Part shown: piece after piece, positions 59,075 to 64,000 of the stretch
How positions within the stretch are numbered: the first letter of the stretch is position 1
Layout of the letters: every line of letters starts with the position of its first letter
Assembly (NCBI GenBank): GCA_965644315.1
Contig: CBFFRQ010000093.1
Coordinates: 186,001-250,000 of the forward strand
Reading direction: 5' to 3'
DNA length: 64,000 nt
From: Caecitellus pseudoparvulus
Taxonomy: Eukaryota > Protista > Bigyra: Bicosoecida
Notes under the pieces: model-generated
Database searches by the model: none
Told to the model about the DNA's origin: nothing
Seen by the model: only the letters and a program-made list of their open reading frames with translations
Program-made: the position numbers and the translations under genes

Positions 59075-59373
59075 GGAGGGCAGGGTGCTGTGGGCTGGAC
59101 TCAAGGCAGGAAATGCTCGCCAACTAGGTCCTTGCTAATGCACGCTGTTCTCCGCAAGTGGAGAAGGCTTGCCACGCAGGCATCCCAAAAGTTTGTGACA
59201 ATTTGCGGTGCTCTGCACAACGTACTGCAGAGGGGGGTGAAAAGCCCCCCCCCTGTACCCCTCTCCAGGCCTGCAGACTCTGCATCAGCAGCCTGGGTGC
59301 AGAAGCAGAGTCTGGCAACTTTCACGAACCCGCGTCATCGACTCCATTACCGCCCCAGCACAACCTGTTGTGA

Positions 59374-59954
<581 letters not shown>

Positions 59955-60001
59955 ACGCCCAACTCTGTGGCCAACATGGACGTTGGCCACCCACCCCCAA
60001 C

Positions 60002-60017
60002 GGTGTTATTCAACACC
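60002..60017 (+). promoter_or_regulatory. Histone 3'-UTR stem-loop-like element
   Basis: GGTGTT-ATTC-AACACC: 6-bp stem starting GG, 4-nt loop, C/A-rich flanks (ccccaac / atcacc), 48 nt after the H3 stop. Confidence 0.7.
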
Positions 60018-60254
60018 ATCACCTCCGTTCAGGCCCACAAAAGTGGGCTCATCGCACAGGAAATCAATGAACTCACTTATTCTGTGGGTATGACTGGGTG
60101 GGGCTCTACCTGGGCATGTGGGGAGCGTTTGCATCACTTGCGTTGGTGCAGAAGATAGGGTAACGGAAGCACCTCCTGCCCTCGCCGCAGCACAGCCATT
60201 CGCAAGGGACCCTGGGGACCAACACGAGATACAACCTCGGAAAAGCTCGACTTC

Positions 60255-61444
60255 TCAGGGTGCACAGGCGCCATCTTTGTCCTTGCTTCCAGGAGCAGAG
60301 CTGGCAGCGCTGCTCGGTGTTGGCATTTTCCGCAGGTCTTCCTCGGGGGGCACGCGAGCAATGCTGCCACGAAGTCCAGATAGGAGCTTAGGACCTGTGC
60401 AATGATGTAAATCAGAATGTACGACACACATAAGCGGTGCGGGGCTTTGAGACGCACTGCAGAGCACGTCCAGTTCATGCTGTCTGGCGTGGCTTTGGGA
60501 GAAGGCATCGGCCCCGGTTCCACAACCACTGGCCTTGGCTGAGTCTGGCGGCACAGGAATGCCCGGGTGAGTCATAAGCTCAAAGATACCCCTTGGAGCG
60601 TCTATCTGTGTTTCAGCGCGCCGCACCTCCTCCAGGATGCGATCTGGGGACATGTCTAGCCCCATCACAGTGTACCCAACAAAGCGGGTCGGCATGTGCC
60701 ACCCAGCACCTTCGAAGCACTTCCGAGCTGCTTCGCAGTAGGAGTGGATGAGTGCGTGGAACTGCTCTGGGTCTAGCGCCTGGGACATGGCATCTGGGAC
60801 CTCCGAAGGGTCAGGCTCATCCAGCAACGAGGGCAGTCGAATCCAAGGTTTGCGTTCAACAGGTGACTTCGCGGTAGGGGAGCGCTCTCCTTGGACATTG
60901 CTGAATGCCTTGACAAGAATGTCTGGGATGCCAGGCAGCACGTGGACATGTTGGTGTCCGTCAATGTAGCGAGGCATGTGCCCGGTCCAACGCCTAAACC
61001 GGCGCAGCTGAGCTTCAATTTCGGCTGCCAAGTTAATCTCCTCCACTTCACCCGCCAGCAGGGCAATGCGCAGTCCATGTTTTCCGCGGAAGCATTGCTG
61101 GCCGTCGCTGAGATCGCACAGACTCGACGAGGCCGTGTCAGGGCAAACTGGCAGGCCTTCAGTCAAGTTCAAGTGTAGGCCCAGTGGAAGGCCAGCTGTG
61201 CAGGCCCGCGAAATCATGGACTCCGCAAAGACTCCATTCACCATGAGGGATGCACGCGTGATCCCTCCAGCTGCAAAGGCAGCCAACTGCGTTTGCAGTG
61301 TTTCAAACGCGTTTCGGCGTGAACGGCTGCGCGCACTCGCTGGCGTCCACGCACGATTCCATCATCTCTGCAGCGCGAATACCCTGCGTCATCTGCCACG
61401 ATGTGAAGGGTGGGCTTCGCTGCACTTGCCGGTGCTGCAGCCAT
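60255..61444 (-). CDS. YDJC: YdjC/ChbG-family carbohydrate deacetylase
   Basis: HIVADDAGY / intron 61354-61287 / SLMVNG, GLHLNLTEG, YIDGHQHVH, ELMTHPG, ARQHELDVLCS; probable in-frame 63-nt intron 60457-60395. Confidence 0.9.
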
Positions 61445-61657
61445 GCAGCATGCCAGCTACGGGGCTGGGCTGTGAGCTGGTTGGAAGGCACCTTTTGCTC
61501 ACGCGCTCGCAGCTGAATTGGGGCTTACGGTAGAGCAACCGCAGTTCCAGGGGAGATGGGACAGGAACGGATAAGCCCGCTTGGGCATGTGCAGCCTGCT
61601 GTTTGTTCGTGGAATGTGCTGAGGTCCGCACATTGCAACGGCAAGCACAGCGAGAGT

Positions 61658-64000
61658 CTAGGCCTCCAGCTCCACGATCAGGTCTCCCTGCGAAACCGTG
61701 TCGGATACCTTCGCGTACACCGCCTTGACACGCCCCGAGGTGGCTGCCCGGACGCTGGTTTCCATCTTCATGGCGTTCAGCACGGCCACGACGTCGCCGG
61801 CGTTCACGTGGTCGCCCACCTTGACCCTCACGTCCACCACTGCGCCGGGCATGGGAGCACCAGCATGAGTGGGCAGGTCTGGAGACGCCTTGGGCGGGCC
61901 ACTGCGAGCAGCCCCCGCAGCACCAGGTGCGGGGGAGCGGTCCCGCACCAGCACACGGCGCATTTCGCCGTTGAGGGAGAAGGTCACGTCCACCATGCCG
62001 TCAGCGTCGGGAGCCGACTTGCTGATGAGCTTCACGAAGAGGGTCTTCCCCTTCTGCATGTCAAACGACATTTCCTCGCCCTCCTGCATGGGCGAGATGA
62101 AGTGGCGCGTGGGCAGTGTGGAGGGGTCCCCGTACTTGGCCAGCCACTGCCGCCACTCTGCAAAGACCGCAGGGTACATGACGTGGGACATGACGTCTAC
62201 GTCTCGGATGCGGCTACCGTGCTTTGCGATCAAGTCTGCCTTGATGGAGTCGAAGTCCAGGGGCTCCATCTCGGCACCCGGCCGCCCTTCGAAGCGGTCC
62301 TTGCCGCTTGCGAGAGGTGGCTGACCAGACAACACGGCCGCGCGGAGTTTCTCGGGGAAGCCGCCTGCAGGGATGCCGAGGTATCCCTGGAAGAACTCCA
62401 CTACAGACTTGGGGAAGTCCAGCTTCTCAGCCTTCTCCAGCACCTCCTGCTCGGTCAAGTTGTTGGCAACCATGAACTGTGCCAGGTCCCCGACGACCTT
62501 GGAGGAGGGTGTCACCTTCACGATGTCCCCCATCAGTCGGTTGGCAGCCGCGTAGGCCTTCTTGATCTTAGGCCACTCCCCAGCCAGTCCCAGTTGCTTG
62601 GACTGGTACAGCAGGTTGGTGTACTGCCCGCCGGGAATCTGGTTCTCGTACACGCTGGCGTCTCCCGTGTGTTGCCCCGACTCGAAGGGAGCGTACACGC
62701 CTCGCAGATCAAACCAGTAGTCATTCAAGGCTGCCAGCTGCTCCTGGTCAATTCCAGTGTCCAGAGGTGTGCCAGCCAGCGCCGCCACGATGGCCCCCAT
62801 GCTGGGTTGAGAGGTGGTGCCCGACATGCTGTCCACTGCAGCGTCCACCGCGTCTGCCCCAGCGTACGCCGACATGAGCATGGACGCGACGCCTGTGCCA
62901 GCCGTGTCATGTGTGTGCACATGAATGGGGACGTCGGGAAACTCTGCCCGCAGCTCTGACACCAGAGCGTGGGCGGCGGCTGGCTTGAGCAGGCCTGCCA
63001 TGTCTTTGATGGCCAGAACGTGGGCGCCACCCTTCACGAGCTCCCGCGCGAGGTTGAGATAATACTGCATGTCGTACGGGTTCTTCGTGACTCCGTCCGC
63101 TGCAACAGGGCTCAGGACGTCTCCAGTGTAGCACATGGCAGCTTCGACGATGCCTCCAGAAGACCCCGCTGCGTCCATGCCCAGCTGCAGGTTGGGCAGG
63201 TAGTTCAAGGAGTCGAAGACACGGTACACGTCCATGCCGTGCTGAGTCGCCACACGGCAAAACTCATGCACTGCGTTGTCAGGGTAGCTGGTGTACCCGA
63301 CTCCATTCGCGCCGCGCAGGAGCATCTGAAAGGGGACGTTGGGCACCGCCTCCCGCATCTGCCCGAGGCGGTCCCAAGGGCACTCCTTCAGGAATCGCAT
63401 GGCCACGTCAAAGGTGGCGCCGCCCCAGTTCTCAATGCTGAAGGCGTTGGCCAGGGCCTCTGATGTGGCGGGGGCGACGGCCAGCAAATCCCGTGTACGC
63501 AGTCGAGTGGCCAGCAGCGATTGGTGTGCGTCTCGCCACGTTGTGTCCGTAATCAGCAGGCCAGGGTGCCGTCTGACTGCCTTGGCAAAGGCTGCCGCGC
63601 CATCAGACTTGTACACTTCGTACAAGGACGGGCGGTCTGGTTCAAGCACCGCTTTTGGGGCACCTTTTCCGCTGGGCGCTCCAGGCACCGGAGGCAAGGC
63701 TGCAGCGGGAGGCGCCGCTCCTTTGCGGAGCGGTGTTGACGGTGGGATGGGGTCGACGGCAGATGGAGCCGGGCCAGTCGCCCCAAGGGTGGGGTCAGGG
63801 CCATTTACGGCAATGTCTGCCAGCAGGGCCAGCAGCTTTTCACCCCGGTTCTGTGCATCCTGGACATTGTCCACGATGCCTGGGTGCTGCTCGATAAAGG
63901 ACGTGCTGACTGGTCCATCCAGATAGTCCTGGTTGCTCAGGACGTTCAGCAGGAAGGACTTGTTCGTGCTCACACCGCGCACTCGGAACTCCCGCAGTGC
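61658..64000 (-). CDS. PC: Pyruvate carboxylase, C-terminal part (5' end outside the window)
   Basis: End of biotin carboxylase domain (RVRGVSTN), CT domain DTTWRDAHQSLLATR, ENWGGATFD, IKDMAGLL, HVHTHDT, IPGGQYTNL, VKVTPSSKVVGD, biotinyl AMKM. Confidence 0.97.
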   Translation of the reverse strand, partial: ALREFRVRGVSTNKSFLLNVLSNQDYLDGPVSTSFIEQHPGIVDNVQDAQNRGEKLLALLADIAVNGPDPTLGATGPAPSAVDPIPPSTPLRKGAAPPAAALPPVPGAPSGKGAPKAVLEPDRPSLYEVYKSDGAAAFAKAVRRHPGLLITDTTWRDAHQSLLATRLRTRDLLAVAPATSEALANAFSIENWGGATFDVAMRFLKECPWDRLGQMREAVPNVPFQMLLRGANGVGYTSYPDNAVHEFCRVATQHGMDVYRVFDSLNYLPNLQLGMDAAGSSGGIVEAAMCYTGDVLSPVAADGVTKNPYDMQYYLNLARELVKGGAHVLAIKDMAGLLKPAAAHALVSELRAEFPDVPIHVHTHDTAGTGVASMLMSAYAGADAVDAAVDSMSGTTSQPSMGAIVAALAGTPLDTGIDQEQLAALNDYWFDLRGVYAPFESGQHTGDASVYENQIPGGQYTNLLYQSKQLGLAGEWPKIKKAYAAANRLMGDIVKVTPSSKVVGDLAQFMVANNLTEQEVLEKAEKLDFPKSVVEFFQGYLGIPAGGFPEKLRAAVLSGQPPLASGKDRFEGRPGAEMEPLDFDSIKADLIAKHGSRIRDVDVMSHVMYPAVFAEWRQWLAKYGDPSTLPTRHFISPMQEGEEMSFDMQKGKTLFVKLISKSAPDADGMVDVTFSLNGEMRRVLVRDRSPAPGAAGAARSGPPKASPDLPTHAGAPMPGAVVDVRVKVGDHVNAGDVVAVLNAMKMETSVRAATSGRVKAVYAKVSDTVSQGDLIVELEA

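Overview
Gene-dense, GC-rich eukaryotic (protist) chromosome segment with about 29 protein-coding genes, short GT-AG introns (mostly 60-100 nt) and very short intergenic spaces (40-450 nt). The histone H3 signature ([11 protein letters not shown]...GERS), a single-domain EukCat-type channel, TerD proteins and a class IV-like myosin suggest a stramenopile (inference). No prokaryotic operons, RNA genes, CRISPR arrays or transposases were seen. Recognisable genes: METTL15/RsmH, FIH/HIF1AN, myosin IV-like, SDS22, RPB10, secreted JmjC-trefoil protein, AP-2 mu, myotubularin, myristoylated AGC kinase, Fcf2, USP39, PRL phosphatase, exostosin GT47, two-pore channel, NO66, single-domain voltage-gated channel, GNL1, two tandem-TerD/CaaX paralogues flanking a RecQ/WRN-like helicase, histone H3, YdjC and pyruvate carboxylase (partial). 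Most notable observations: (1) the hexamer AATGCA lies on the sense strand shortly after the stop codon of 15 of 28 genes, is palindromically shared (AATGCATT) by three convergent pairs, and was seen only antisense inside genes, making it a candidate lineage-specific 3'-end/poly(A) signal; (2) a myosin fused to GYF_2, WASH/VASP-like WH2 and C/FAB motifs and nine SH3-ligand repeats; (3) prenylated tandem-TerD paralogues with a homogenised, compositionally atypical core and divergent tails; (4) an intron-containing H3 gene with a histone-type stem-loop. Gene models and counts were derived by eye and need RNA-seq confirmation.
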